DNA from: Bugula neritina
Lineage: Eukaryota > Animalia > Bryozoa
Assembly: GCA_964035545.1 (NCBI GenBank)
Contig: OZ037765.1
Coordinates: 27,465,504 to 27,529,503 of the forward strand
Length of the DNA: 64,000 nucleotides
Direction of reading: 5' to 3'
The position numbers were made by a program, and so were the translations under genes. Under the pieces are notes generated by a model. The model searched no databases and was not told the DNA's origin. It saw nothing but the letters and a program-made list of their open reading frames with translations. Below are positions 50,501 through 64,000 of this stretch, piece after piece. Position 1 is the first letter of the stretch. The number at the start of each line of letters is the position of its first letter.

Positions 50501-53500
50501 GAATGCATAGTACTAGTAGACACAGCAATGAGTTATCATAAATACTTGTTTGAACTGTTTAACCACATTTCCACACACATTGTAATCTGAGCAAATGTCT
50601 TTGATAATAAGGTTGCTATAACAAATAAAGAAAAATCTTGCTTGCAATTCTTTCAACCACAGTTGGTATCCTTCACATTAAATGGTTCACAGTTTTACAG
50701 CCTAAATTACAGTAACAGCAGATACAATATACGGAAAAACTACTTTCAATAATTTAACCAGGGGGAATCATAGATTATCTGTAAAACATGTGTTTTCATA
50801 AATCTGCTGCTGGTTTTAGAAGTACAAAAAAACTTGAATAAAATTAATATTACAGCCAGTAATAGTATGGTTGGACTTTGATAATTTTTCAAGTTGGCTA
50901 AAGCTGCCTAACAAAAAGCTGTAATCTTGTGTGGCTACATCCACCAAACCTCCAAGTTTTGTTGGAAAACCTAATGAATGTTAAGTATTGAGCCTATAGG
51001 AAACTAGTATGTGCTAGTAACCCAGCAAGTGCTGTAGGTGGTTTCACATCAGGCCATTGGAGTGGCAAAATATTAATGATAAATGAAGACAAATTATTAC
51101 AGCAGCTGTAATAACTGAAAACCTCCTTTGTCACCAGTTTACACCAACAAACAGACTTTGAGGAAACTCGTAGGCATTAGGCAATAACCAATGGGCACAT
51201 TGATGTATAACATTCTCCAGCTGCATATAATTATTTTCACAGACTAACAGTTGATGCGTAGTAAATGACTTTTTGATTATGATCTGAGACGGGTATTTGG
51301 GGCTACATGCCGGGACAGGCAATGCTGCTAGTTACTAGTAGTAGTAGTATTATAGTATATACTGCATAACCCTCAAAAGAAATCAAGATTTTCTTAGTCA
51401 TAGAAACCAGTAGAGTGGGACTAGTTTCAAATAGCTTATACAAATTTCAACAGTACATTCGGCACACCTATCAATGTTGTAATGCCATCCTGATATATGC
51501 ATACAGTCACTTTGGCAGGATTCAGGGTCGATGAGAAGATAACCCCAATAGAATATGTTGTTAGCTTATCACAGACTTCTCTTTTTCCAGTCTATTTATT
51601 ATATAGCCTAATAATGCTCATTTAAACTTCAACTTTGATTATAAGAAAATCCAAGCAAAGTTTTTTGGTAGAGAAATTGGTGAGTAGAAAGTTGCTTTAA
51701 AATAATAGTCTGAAACTTGGTGCTTTGCTTGATAAAAAAGAACAATTTAGTATAGCCCAGAAATTTTGACGTTTGATAAACTTTAATTTTTTTTAAATAA
51801 GTGAACCGAAATCTGGTGTTACCAGAGACTTGAAATTAGCACTTTAATGAGCTGGGAGAGTAAACATCAATCACTGCTAGCAGTAATCAGTGGTACTTTA
51901 TCATCTAGTAGATTTACACACTAATTTTGTTAAAATCCTAGCTGTTAAGTTATTAGCAGTGTATATACATTGATTGATCACCTGATTATCATCCTCCTAG
52001 CAAGATGGTAATACCCACAAAAACTAAACAGTAACCCAGGCCTAGTTTCTTCAAACTAGTAAAAGAGGAGACTAAGTTGCTTTTCCTGTCTACTTGCAGT
52101 CTGACATTTTAGCTATACATAGAATATCTTCCTTTAAATTAGATGCAAACTCCAGTTTTTGTTGCCTGGGTTCTTGGAAACAAAAGTGCTTTGGATAGGG
52201 GACAATAACTGCATTTTCTAGAAATATATTTAAGAATGTAGACCTTTCTGAAAAAAGAGCTGTTTTGACCAAACCAAAGATGGCGGCCACCAATATTTCT
52301 GCTCCAATTCTATATTACAATTATTATGGCAACCTGTTGTGTAAACCTACATCTATTCTATGTCTCCTAATAACATTTGTGTACAGCTTAGCATAGCCAG
52401 GAACATACAACTCCCGGTCTTTACTGGAATTTAGCTCTTTCAAAACAATTTTATTGAGTGCATTGTGAGTCCATCAAACTGAAGAGTGGCTATTATATTA
52501 CAGCCTACCTACTGCGTGCCAAATAGTGGAATAGGGATACTGGGATATATTATAGCTACACAAATGAGTCCAGTCAAATAAAATCCATAACTACATACTC
52601 TAGCCACTGTATCTCTCACTAAATTGCTGTTGAAAATCTCATTTTTTGTAAGTACTTAACCTGTAGTTTCGGTTAGTACTTTGACAACCAAGTGCAGCAT
52701 GTTGTTTAGTTCCCTTATTCGACTTACTTTCAGACAGTGCTTTGATTTGCAGCTTAGTGTGAGTTTGAGGGCTAACAGTCAAGAAAAAAAAGGGTTGAAA
52801 TTTTTGAGAATAGATGTAGCATAAATAATGAGGGAGAAAGGTTTTCACCTCAATAATAATTAGCCGCAATATCAAAACCTACTCAGGGTACGGAGCTTTG
52901 CATATAGCAGCTCTAGTATATGTATTAAACAGTACTCACCGTGTACTCGGACAGGTTACTGGGTGCAACAAAGGAGAGAGTCTGGTCTACAAGGAACTCC
53001 ACTGGTTGTTTGTCACTCTTAGTGGCACCAATAGAGTCTACGATAACTTTAAATGTCTGCAAAAAGTTGGCAAAAAGTAAACCTATATGATTTTATAGAA
53101 ACATAACATCTAAGCACTAAAGAGACAAATATTGTACAACCATTATGGTCTATGCAAGTACACTAGTTTGTGAATAACATTAGCAGAAAATGGAGCAGTA
53201 AATCATGCAAACCAGAATAGAAACCAATTATGATAAATATTGCCAACTATGGATGCTGTATACCAGCTACGAGTAGGTACATTGCCCAGCATATCACTAG
53301 CAATGTAGGTCTATTTAGTAATTATAGTAGCAACTAGCAACACCACTAATAGTCCTACATAATTCACTACCCCTAGTAACAGAGTAATTATACTACAGCT
53401 GATATTTGATACGCTTGAGGCTAAGAAATCAGGACCAGCTTAAGTGGCATTCTAATGTTACTAAGCAGGGTAAAAGTGGCACACACTTCACAAGTGTTTT

Positions 53501-56500
53501 GCTGCTTAGCGTTTTTCCTGTCTCAGTAGAATGTTGTGAGCATAGTAGAAATGTTTTTTAAGATGTAGGAAGTACATTTAGTGAATCTCAAACTTTTTAA
53601 TTACATAAAGAGTTTTAGGTTTCAGAAAAAGAAGCATTACTAATATCAGAGTAGGACGATTACTATCAGGTATTAACCTTTATGGGATTTGAGAAGCAGG
53701 CTGGAGCATTCAAGTGTTTGCTTTACAAACTCACTGAACACCCCGAGAAAAACTTTATGCAAATTTGACTAATACCTTTGTCCCACTTATATATATTTGA
53801 AAATACAACACCAGTTTGAAAACATACAAGCTTTTACAGACCTAAATTAATTGGTCTCTAAAATAAGTAAGGGGGTTTGGGGTGCAGAGAAAAAGCTAGA
53901 CAATTCTCTTATGAAATAATTCAGTTTTAAAGCCTCAAGCACAACATGGAGTAGTGGTGGTACGGAATGAACCAGAATGCCAAGTGTAACAGAAGTTAAT
54001 GAGACACGATGGGAGAGATGTTTAGCAAAGCCTATAATATTACATTGGGGTTAGTAAGTTACACACAATACTATGACTCAGGTAGTGAACTAGTGTTGAC
54101 CTCAGTCAATGAACAGTGACCCACTAGTAAATATTTTGCTACTCTAGTCCAGCCTGAGCAATCATTTAAACAGGTGTTTTTGAATGATAAATTATTCGGC
54201 ATATACTATTTTTTACAATATTACAAAAAAATTTAGACTAATTTTGATATTATCTAGAATACACATATATTGCTTTGTTACTGTCAACTTAGTATGTACT
54301 GGCTTTTTAACTATGCTGATCTAACTACACAGACTAGTTATACACTAACTCAAGCAATCCAGGTGGAAGTGACTCAGTTACAATAATGAACTTTGCATAA
54401 TCAATGTCAATGTGGTCAACAAATAAAGACTGAACAACTCTGAGAATAACAGAGAGGGACTTGTAGTATATACTCCAGAAATTATAAGTGACATGGGTGA
54501 TTTACAAAGTCAACTTTTTAAAACAACCTGAATATATAAGAAGAGACAGGTAAGATTGATTATTACTAAATGGACTGTAACTAATGAAAGCAATGTCTGG
54601 CAAACCTTGGCCTCGTGGTGTGGAATTAATCTTACCAGACTAGAGGACTCCATTACTACGTACACTAAGTGAGATCTAAAGAGCTGATTCTTACCAAAGC
54701 TGGCCACCAACACTTCTTAGTTGGTTTTTCAGGATGTGATCTCTGTGATATTACCAAAGTTTCTTCTACCAACAGTACAGAGAAATCTTCATGAACTTTA
54801 AGCCAGTCTCTTTTCTGCCAGTCACAATGGTCAAACTCAACTAGAATCTACAACCATCCAAACACTTGACATTTACAAAATATACATACAGTTGTATCAT
54901 TTTATTCACACCGGCTATGCCTGTTGTAAGTAAACCAAATATTATTCCATCGGTCAGGAAAATGCAATAAACACTGGGCAACGCTGAAGCCAACTGGTCA
55001 CCTGTGCCATCTAGAAATTAATCAATATTAAATGAGCTCCAAGAGTTGAAGTTAGGTTTTCCAGGCTTGTGATTTTAGTGGTTAAAAGTTTCAGAACTTT
55101 CCAAGATACTATATGAAGTGTGGGAAATAGTAGGAGAGCTGAACCGAAGCAGGTACAAGACCAGCAGCTGGCACATAAGTACGGCGTATGACTCAACTGA
55201 ACTGCAGCCACTCTACATGTCTATCACTTTCATCTGACAGCCCTCTAAAGCTGACACCATGGAGAACCTTGCTGAGTTAAGGATCAGGTGCAAGTTGATG
55301 TGAAAGATGCAAAGCATGTAATTAATATTCTACACATCGTCTAGCTATTTTGCCTACTTATGCGTTGATAGTTGAGGGATGTAATAGACGCTAAAAGTCA
55401 ACAAATGACGCTAAGATAATCATTCAAAGTTGACAATCAGATTACACTATCGAGAGTGGTCAATGGATCCGCCAGCCCGCTGTCTGATAATTGAATAGAA
55501 TTGATCTTCATTTAGGTGAGTTATTGATCAGAGTTTTACTAGTCCAGCTTTATCTGACTGGTCATAGTAAGAGGTCATGGAAACTCACTAAACATTGGGG
55601 AGGGAGTGAATACCTCCCTAGTCAAACCACATGAGCTGGCAAGTTAAATGCAATACCACCAAAATTAGAGACCAATATAAATTGCCAAAACAAGCACTAT
55701 TCATTTGGGCTGGAAGCTGTGATAGTGGTTCCCATCTGATAGCACAAGTGTGTGTAGCACACTACAAGCACACAGTTTCAAATAATACTGCTAGTGGATC
55801 AACTGCTCTAATTTAACTACTAGCTGATAAGGTACCAGACTGCTGTTGCACTAATTCCAACCAGTCTGTCAATTTACTTGAGTGCAGTATAGTGGGTCAT
55901 GCGATATGACAGCAAAAGGGCCTAACTTTACAGTTCCCCAGACTTCATGCAGTTATGTAAAATCTAAGTTCAAATGATTTCGATTGATTACTGCTTAACT
56001 CAAGTTAAAAGTGTTGATGGAAGAAGCAAAGATGAAAATTTAGTGATAAAATAATATATTATTTCGACGACAGTGAAGAATAATCTGTATTTCAACCATT
56101 ACACATACTACGGACAATACCAACTTTGACTATTTCTAATGAACACAACTTGAGGAGCTTTGGTAAAGCTAAGGATGCAAAATCCTGAACATAAAACCGA
56201 AGTTTTGGTACCTTCAATATGTTAGTCTCCTTTGTCCTTACAATACTTACTACTGTGCAATATTTACTTTCTCAACTAATATAGTGTAATTTTGATATAT
56301 CCATAGGCATATGCTTGAAGTGGAAAAATGTGCTCAAGTCTAAAGCTTAAAACTTGGGAACAATCATGTACATAGGATGTAACATGTTGATACACTATTA
56401 CAACTTCTGCACCTGCATACTACAACTTTCTGGAGATGGTGACTCAACACAAGACCTCTCTAAACTTCAGCAAGAGAAAATCACAACAAAAGTAATAAAC

Positions 56501-59500
56501 TTTAGAGGCAAAAAACACTAAAAGAACCATAAGGAATACTCCAGTTGTTACAAGTAAAAGAAACATTTTAGTTTTAGTAATTTTTCCTAATGATTTTTTC
56601 ACTGCCTGTTTTTCGTATTAGCAACCGTTCCCATGATTAGCTTTCTTCAACTTGTATTAGTATATTTGCATATTCTATTGCTGATAACAAGGAACAGCTG
56701 CTAGCATTATGTTAGTGTTACCATGGAGATAAAGCAAACTGCCTTCACCAGCAGTACTTGGTGCGATGTCAGATCAAGCACAATTGTAGTTGAAAGGGTA
56801 AGCTCAACTAATTTTGAACTCGAAATGATAAACACAAAATCGTGTAACTGTTTCAAAACAAAATTACAGGGATTTCAAGGCTCCCAAAATAAAACTGAAA
56901 AACAATTATTCAGCAAAAATAAATGTCAACATAATATAACATCTTCACACTACTTATAAGCAGTCCTTCAGTTGAACATATAAACTTCGGTGACTTTACA
57001 GCTCTATATAGAAGTTAACCAATCTTTGTTAGAGTTCGTGTAGCTATGTAATAGACTTGATATACTATAGTTGGCCTGAGATATCTTATCTAATTTACAA
57101 TCTCATTACTACAGCGAGGTTTGTAGACTAGTAATGATTGTATTAAGCTGGCTAACTACTAAAACCGCTACTACGTGTGTTGCAGTGATATCCTATGGCA
57201 CAGTCAACAAAGCCAATAATAAAATGATGGCATTGATTACTGTGAATGGCTAGTAACCAAGTCACTTCAGACCTAACCAGTTTCCTAGTTTGGTTTGGAG
57301 AAACTTTTAAACAAGTTTATACCAACCATTACTATAATTGTAGAATAAAAGTAGAAGGTGAACCAACTCGTAGAAGAACCTTTTAAAAATTAATGGCACA
57401 TTTTTTGTTCCTCACATAGTAAAACAATAAGCCACCATTAAACATACAGTTAATAGGCGCTATTTAATATAAAGAATTTTGGCTATTCAACTTCCATCAA
57501 ACACAATGAAAGGTGTACACACCTGATGCATTCAGGGCAAAAGCAAAAGAACCATTCAACAACAAAACACTCCCACTAATACTATGCGAAGATATTGAAC
57601 ATGAAATGGCAGTCAATAAGATTCTTCAAGTCTTAGTAGTGATTTGTCAACTTAGAGTTTGACTACAGTTTGTACATGTCACAGGAGAGAGATTATAATT
57701 AGATATCATGCCTGTCCGGTTAAACAACTAAGTTGGCTCGTTTTGCCTTTTTTATCTGGGGAAGGGTGGGGTGGCCAGAGAGGCTAGCAAACAACAAAGT
57801 TGAGTTTATGCAGATGGGGTTCTAGAATTTGTATTACAATAAAACTCTGGGTAGGGGGTTAACAACATTAGTTTATCCCTGAAGTCTGGACAGCCATATT
57901 GTCTAGACTCTAGACTGTAACTGAAATCAGCTAGTGATTGTGAAAAGTCATTGTCTAGTAGTGAGCTAGTATTCTGGGTAGTAGATAGCATACTCAAACG
58001 GCTAGCCAAATGTGCAATGCACATGGCAAACAGTTCTATAAGCAAAATCCGTTACAGAAAACTAATTCTTTGTGACTTTTACTAGTGAATTTGTAGCAGA
58101 CTTGAGCCTTTCACTTTAGGACTTGTCAGAGTTAGATCAGTTTTATTTAATCTTTTTCATCTTCCTGAGTTTAAGTTGTCAATAAGAGCATGGAAAATGT
58201 TTTTTTGAAATAAGTCTTACTGTTACAAACATTTTTTTATATTTATTTTCCTAATCTAATAAGTTGAAAAATGATTAAAATTATTAGTGTTTACAATCAC
58301 TAGTTGTACTACAACAATTATAATTATTGGTTTGGTAATAAATGCATTATATATTCATAATTAGTAATCAATCATATACATGTTTTTGATGAAGGTTAGT
58401 AGATGCTAACCATTTGCTGTGCAAATTAAGGTTGCAAAAGTAGCAGTTTATAGAAAGTAAAGCTACCGAAAATTTCACTGAGGTAATGAATCCTGTTAAT
58501 TTTTACATTTAATAATTAACATTTACATAAATGAATGTTTGAATTATCAAGTAGCTATATTCACATGTACTGCTTGCACCAACAAATCTGCATAATATTT
58601 GAATCTTCATTACCACATCTAAAAATTTCAATGATTTCATCAACTTGTAACAGTAAGGAGAAATTGACACCAGGGAAGTGTGAGATCCCCACTTCTTGAA
58701 CTCTATACGAAAGGGATTGAAGTTGCTAGAGGTCAAATAAAATGTATGATTGAGCTTGCACGATGACGATACGATGCTAAGCCGCTTGGTATTTACTAAC
58801 TAGCTCAATTAAGGAATTTCTAAATTTGACTGTTTATTTTAAAAAGAATAATTGTGGATCATGTTTTCAAACGAAATGCGGGAATTATATTAATAATATA
58901 GGTCCACTAAACAACTGTACAACCTACAGCACTCAAATACTGCCAGTCTAATATATTTGGACACAGCTGAAACATTCACTTTTGCTGATGCTGCAAAGTC
59001 TAGACTGCACAATGAATAAGCAGGGAGAATTATTCATTTGAATGCATCTTCCTAACTATAATTGCTGTCTGCCATTACTACGTCTTTTGCAGGCAAAGCA
59101 AGTTATCTTCTACACATCTCGTATTCTGCATATAATTGTAAAAGTAATGCCAACTATTTTACCAGCAATGTGGAAAAGTCATCAGTTAGCTGTCTAAGGT
59201 TGGCAACTCACTGACTAATACTAGAATCTAGGCCCCATAGTTGCCAAGTAGTCATAATTTATTGCCAAGTTTATAGAAAAATTTACCACATAGCAGTTGA
59301 CCTATCAATATCGCAGAGGAACTAGAAATGGGTGTAGCTAATCTCTGTAAGAAATTAATAAAAGAACAAAAATTAGTTTGCCATGGATATTATTTAGTGG
59401 TCAGATTTGCAATTAAAAATGAAGCTAAACCAGCACGCTAATAATTTATTATCACTAAACTGCACTGCTTTATACACTAGCATCGACATCATTTATAAAT

Positions 59501-62116
59501 TGGCATTCGAATCCTTTTACATCAGGATAAAACAGCATTGCAAGCCTAGATTCAACTGAAGTGAGAAATCAGTCAATAGTCAACTATATATACAGAATAA
59601 TAGTAAACTTGAAATATTCAATAGCAATACAAATAGTTTGTATTGTATGGTTTAAAAGCCTTTAATTGACAGACGAAGTAAACTGTGCGCTTGCGTAAAA
59701 CTTGCAAACCTTATTTAAAATGTTGAAAATTAATGAAATGAACCTATTGGATGCTTAGTTCAGGGTTATTATTTAAAATTCATAAAGACTTGGGGAGAAC
59801 TCAGGATAACTGGGTGATATGACTTGAGCTAAGCATCTTCTGACACACTAAATGCCAGGTCCAGGTCCAACACAAAGTCTGTCCATATTGAAATACTTCC
59901 TTGAAAATCAGGGATATTGAAACTGCTGTCAAGGACAGACACATTGGGATAATGAGATTTTTCTACTTGCAAAATTTGAACCTTAAGAATAGAGACATAT
60001 TTTTAGCAATCATTGTCCAACTATGCTCAAAGCAGTCTGTTAAACAAAGGTACTAGTTGGTGCATAAAACTAAACTAGATATTTTTCAACTACTTTGTTT
60101 AAGCAGCACAGTTTCTTAAAAATCATACCTTCATGGAATGTATCAATGTTGATGGGTCCTAATTGTAAAAAATAACATTGGTGTTGGGACTCCATACACT
60201 TTAACCATTTGGGCAGTTTGAAAGCCCAGCCTTGCAAGAATTACTAACATGCAGCTCAAAGCTGAATGTCTTTAGACAAAAACTTTAGTGGCCGGCTCTC
60301 AACTGTTACCACCCAAATGAAGTGCGTAGATTTAAGTAACAACTTGTATTTTGCACCTGTTTCAAATGGAGGGTTGCAATTTGTATAACAGCCCTTCAGC
60401 CCAGGGTCCACAAAATTGCACAATACTACTAATGTTTATTATCCTCATCGCATCCCTCAGCATTGTTGAGAATATAAGCCAAACTACGCCCACTATATGG
60501 TCAGTTGTAAGCATTCCACAAGTTTTATTAAATAACTTTCATAGCTAAACAAACAAGTCTGTAACTCTGCTTTAACGCTGAGAACATTATTTTTTGTTTT
60601 CTATAACTCAAATAACAAGTAAAAAATCTAGCTAATAGCTACGATCAGCTAGGACAAAATAAATCCTTTTGCTATTCATATAACTACTGCTAATCATGGA
60701 AGTCGGGCAGCTTTCAACTCCAAGACTACAATTTATTCCCAAAAAGCTGTGGTTCCAAATATTTTAGGGCTTCCAATATGGGAAATGGACCCAAATTATT
60801 TTGATACATAGTTATACTTGCATAGCCTATAATTATATGCACTGACATACAAAAATATTACTTATGAACATTATTCAATAGGTTTTATATCATTGAATGT
60901 GAATTAGGAATGCCAGAGTGTCAATGTGCTCCAATTCAATTTGAATTACAAAATCTAAAAAATATTAACTAGCTGAGGAAACAGCAGACTGTTGAACTTA
61001 AGTAAGGCGTGAAAGTTGATGAGCCTCATAGGTTACAAACGCAATCATAATGGAAAATAGCATTAAAAATTAGTTAAAACTACAAGTATAACAACACAAA
61101 CTAGTGAAGTACAGTATCAACATGGCTCAGTTCCAGAAAAGATTGCAATTTAGTTTTTAAAAGAAATAATAATCAAATAATTATAACAGCAATATAGTCT
61201 ATTATGACTAACTACCTCTGTTATAGATAGTAAGACAAGAGTCGATGTGCTACAATAATGATGAATGATGAATAATAATGAATGAAGTCACACCATGACC
61301 AGTGCAATCGATCAACGAAGAAAACTTACTCTACACCTTATATCTTTACTAGTGTCTTACTGAAAGTCAAATTGAATCCAAAATTCAATAATAATTAGTA
61401 GTGCATTGCTATTTACAATTAGAATTACTGCTTATTGTTTAGGAGCATAAGTATTCCATCAAATTAACTTTGCGTGCTAAAGAAGAGTTAACTGTTAAGA
61501 CAAAGAGACTTGTCATCATGATCATTACCGACTACTACGGCGTGAGACTTTTTAATAATACTAATACTAATAGCTATGAATATAACCACTAACCAGTAGT
61601 CTTAGACTTAGACGAGCTTAGTTTTACATAAAACATTCATATTGAATTTGATTAAATGATAATATTAATAATAATATAAATTAAAATATATACAAACTAA
61701 CACGTCAACATTGAAAATATTTTACAAAATTCACAAGAGTCAATGAGTCGAGGAGCTGAAATAGAACTCAAGTTTAAATTTCATCTGATGCTAATGCTTA
61801 CCTGGGGCTGAGAATCTTGGCACGTGATGTCTTTATCCGAAGCGGCCCGAACGACTCCTGATATCCACTTGCAAGCTGTTATATCCCAGTTTGAGTTAAT
61901 GTTAGAGAGCTGATTTTTGTGACTGTGTAAATTTGCACCGCCGTGTGCTGTGGAGGTATTGTGAACTGTTTCAGTCGATCTTTCGGCTGTTGATTTTATT
62001 TTTGTTATAGCCTTTAAAGTTGATGGAATTTCAAATTCAAATTGAGATGACTCCCTCAACAAGGCAAGGAATCGTTTACCTACAACCTCCTCGCGAAATT
62101 TCAAAGCCATAGGCAT
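29555..62116 (-). CDS. KDM3: KDM3/JMJD1-family (JHDM2) JmjC H3K9 demethylase, about 2234 aa; coding exons 62116-61802, 54847-54695, 53056-52940, 49940-49752, 46537-46456, 44339-44251, 41688-41457, 40965-39651, 39571-39394, 38948-38790, 38436-37306, 37137-36864, 36764-36569, 35559-35342, 35019-34634, 34082-33858, 33235-33107, 32833-32707, 32366-32211, 31833-31654, 31382-31056, 30754-30615, 30089-29913, 29764-29555
   Basis: N-terminal KDM3B/JMJD1C motifs [71 protein letters not shown]...FCRFYAFR and the zinc finger [28 protein letters not shown]. LxxLL (TLRKLLT). JmjC domain LKLKDWP...[12 protein letters not shown]...[16 protein letters not shown]...HDPIHDQ...[12 protein letters not shown]...[11 protein letters not shown]...[14 protein letters not shown], with the HxD...H iron ligands intact. 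All splice phases are consistent; extra cassette exons in the long introns cannot be excluded. Confidence 0.95.
43420..43442. promoter_or_regulatory. Perfect palindromic nuclear-receptor element AACTAGGTCA-CGT-TGACCTAGTT (IR3/ERE core, each arm a RORE-type extended half-site)
   Basis: 10-bp perfect inverted repeat with a 3-bp spacer, containing AGGTCAnnnTGACCT, in a locally CpG-rich part of KDM3 intron 6. Confidence 0.55.
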
Positions 62117-62480
62117 ATGTGTACCATAGTGGACACCAATACCCAGCTATCTCAGTACAAAAAAATTAGCTTAATTATTCAAGACAACCTCTATTAATAA
62201 CGTGTAAAATGTGAAGCAAAAACAAAACAAAAATACTGTACAGCTTTGTAGACGTAGTAACTACTTGGCACAGCGTAAACTGCAGGTATAATTACTATTA
62301 CTACTAGTAGTATACGATACCGATAGTGATACAAACATGTAGCTTGTGAATTTACAAACAGCGCTATATTTTGCGGCGGAACTGCGCTCAAGACTCAAAA
62401 TAGTGTTATTCATTTCTCAGGGTCATAGCTAAAATTATTCACAAATACTTCGTATATTATTTCGCGAAAGAGTTTCTTTT
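62117..62480 (-). promoter_or_regulatory. Probable 5' UTR/promoter of KDM3
   Basis: CpG-enriched segment directly upstream of the ATG (gcggcggaactgcgc at about 62373-62387; palindrome TTTCGCGAAA at 62460-62469), followed by very AT-rich sequence. Confidence 0.45.
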
Positions 62481-62974
62481 TTAGATATATGAATTTTGGT
62501 GTCAATATTTTGCTTTTATTATGTAATATTTTAATTTAAAAATTAAATTAAATATAATTATTTATATGCTTTAGTTTTAATTGCAATAATTTCGTTTTGT
62601 ATTAATTTATGTTGCGGGCTAACATCCGAATATTTATATTACTTTATCGAGAGTTTTTTTAGGATGTCAGCTTGTAATAGTTAGCCTGTTGTCAAAAGAC
62701 AATAGCTTAAGGAGTGTGTTAATAAAACAGTTTCATTGGGTATGTTTCTAGGAGCGTCATAAGTCGACATACTGTTATAGTGCAAGCCCTTTGGGGATAG
62801 TATTATATTATATTTTGTTGTGTGTTGAGTATTTTGTAGCTAGTACTAGTCACTATATAATAAGAGTGTGCTCCGGGCTACTGTGTAGTTACCATTAGTT
62901 AATTTGAAATTAATAGTCATAACTTCGGATTGGAAAGCTCGTGAAGTTAATCCAAGGTTTTCTCCCTGGTTTTA

Positions 62975-63975
62975 TTATAATTATCATAATTGATAATTAT
63001 AATTATCATTATGATTATCATTTAATCAATTAATGATTTATCATTTATGGTTTAATTCTAGTACTAGTAGTAGTACACTGTACAGTATGAGTATGAGTAG
63101 TAGTAGTAGTAATCAGTAATGATTATTAAAATTAATGCCCGAGAGTGATACTGATTGTCAGTATCAGTGTGAGTATGATAGTGATACTGATACTGATAGT
63201 CATACTCATACTGTCATTATAGGTATCATAGTGATAATCATAACCACTTAATGATAATCATGATATGTGATACTATAACATAAACAAGTTATACTATAAG
63301 TATAAGTGTAAATATAATCATAGTAATACTACTACTAATAGTAATACTGGTAGTAAATGTAATTCACTAATACTAATAGTAATTGTATCAATGTTGCAAT
63401 ATAATGATTTAATATATAATAATAATGATAATCATTATGATTATCATTATGAATATTATTTTTAGTATTGTATAATTTTATCAATAGCATAATGATAATC
63501 ATAATTCAACCAATCAATGCGAATATTTACTTTTATATTAGACTAATATTTCAAATGAATTTTTTTGCCACACTGAGAAGTAATTTTGCTGCTAGTGCTA
63601 CTGAATGCTAAAAATACTAGTCACTAAGAGTGATGGCCATAATATTAATTTAAATAGATATTACTGCTACTAGTACCTGTACTATTACTACTAGTAGCAA
63701 TAGTAGCAGTGGTACTACTACTACTATGTCTTTTACTGCTAGTGCTAGTAGTACTAGTAAAAGTAATACTACTACTAATACTACTGCATTCGTTGCTTCA
63801 ACTACTACTAGTGCTACTCAGAGTAAGCGTGACTATAATGCAATCACAGTATACTCATGTTCATGCTGAACTGATGTTGATACTGATAGTTATAGTAAAA
63901 ATAACTTAAAATTTAATATTTCTACAGAAGAACAGCACGCAATGAAGGTTAGCAATAATTACTACTATTATTAGT
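62975..63975. repeat. Degenerate tri/hexamer low-complexity region (ATT/ATC, AGT/ACT, AGTATG units)
   Basis: Direct reading. It produces the spurious hydrophobic ORF 63709-63909. Confidence 0.8.
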
Positions 63976-64000
63976 TAAGTATATCCAGGCATTCGGAACC

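Noticed and set aside
49941-52939. Suspected missing KDM3 micro-exon
   Set aside because: The acceptor at 49941/49940 gives an open phase-0 join (…SEYT|[17 protein letters not shown]…), so none is needed.
54848-61801. Nested gene or autonomous transposon in the 7-kb KDM3 first intron
   Set aside because: Only short ORFs (<80 aa) without recognisable motifs. I found no terminal repeats and no transposase or RT signatures.

Overview
AT-rich animal (invertebrate-like) genomic DNA with GT-AG spliceosomal introns. It is not prokaryotic, so most entries in the ORF track are exon fragments or noise. I reconstructed four genes by hand, and splice phases close at every junction. (1) A BMP3/GDF10-like TGF-beta ligand on the minus strand, truncated by the left edge and absent from the ORF track. 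(2) A 12-coding-exon, 571-aa uncharacterised coiled-coil protein on the minus strand. (3) SEC31 (COPII outer coat), 23 coding exons, 1246 aa, on the plus strand, divergent from gene 2. (4) A KDM3/JMJD1-family JmjC histone demethylase, 24 coding exons, about 2234 aa, on the minus strand, convergent with SEC31 and with face-to-face poly(A) signals. The most unusual structure is a 1.6-kb, indel-free 19-bp tandem array in SEC31 whose unit is the exon/intron junction itself. It gives about 83 competing 5' splice sites, and only the first is productive. A second SEC31 intron is built of back-to-back GT...AG modules. Other points of note: a perfect RORE/ERE-type palindrome and orphan splice donors inside CpG-rich segments of the KDM3 introns, and a gene order that matches the human 4q/10q/5q paralogon. 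No tRNA, rRNA, CRISPR array or intact transposase was seen. All assignments come from manual reading and remembered family motifs; no searches were run.
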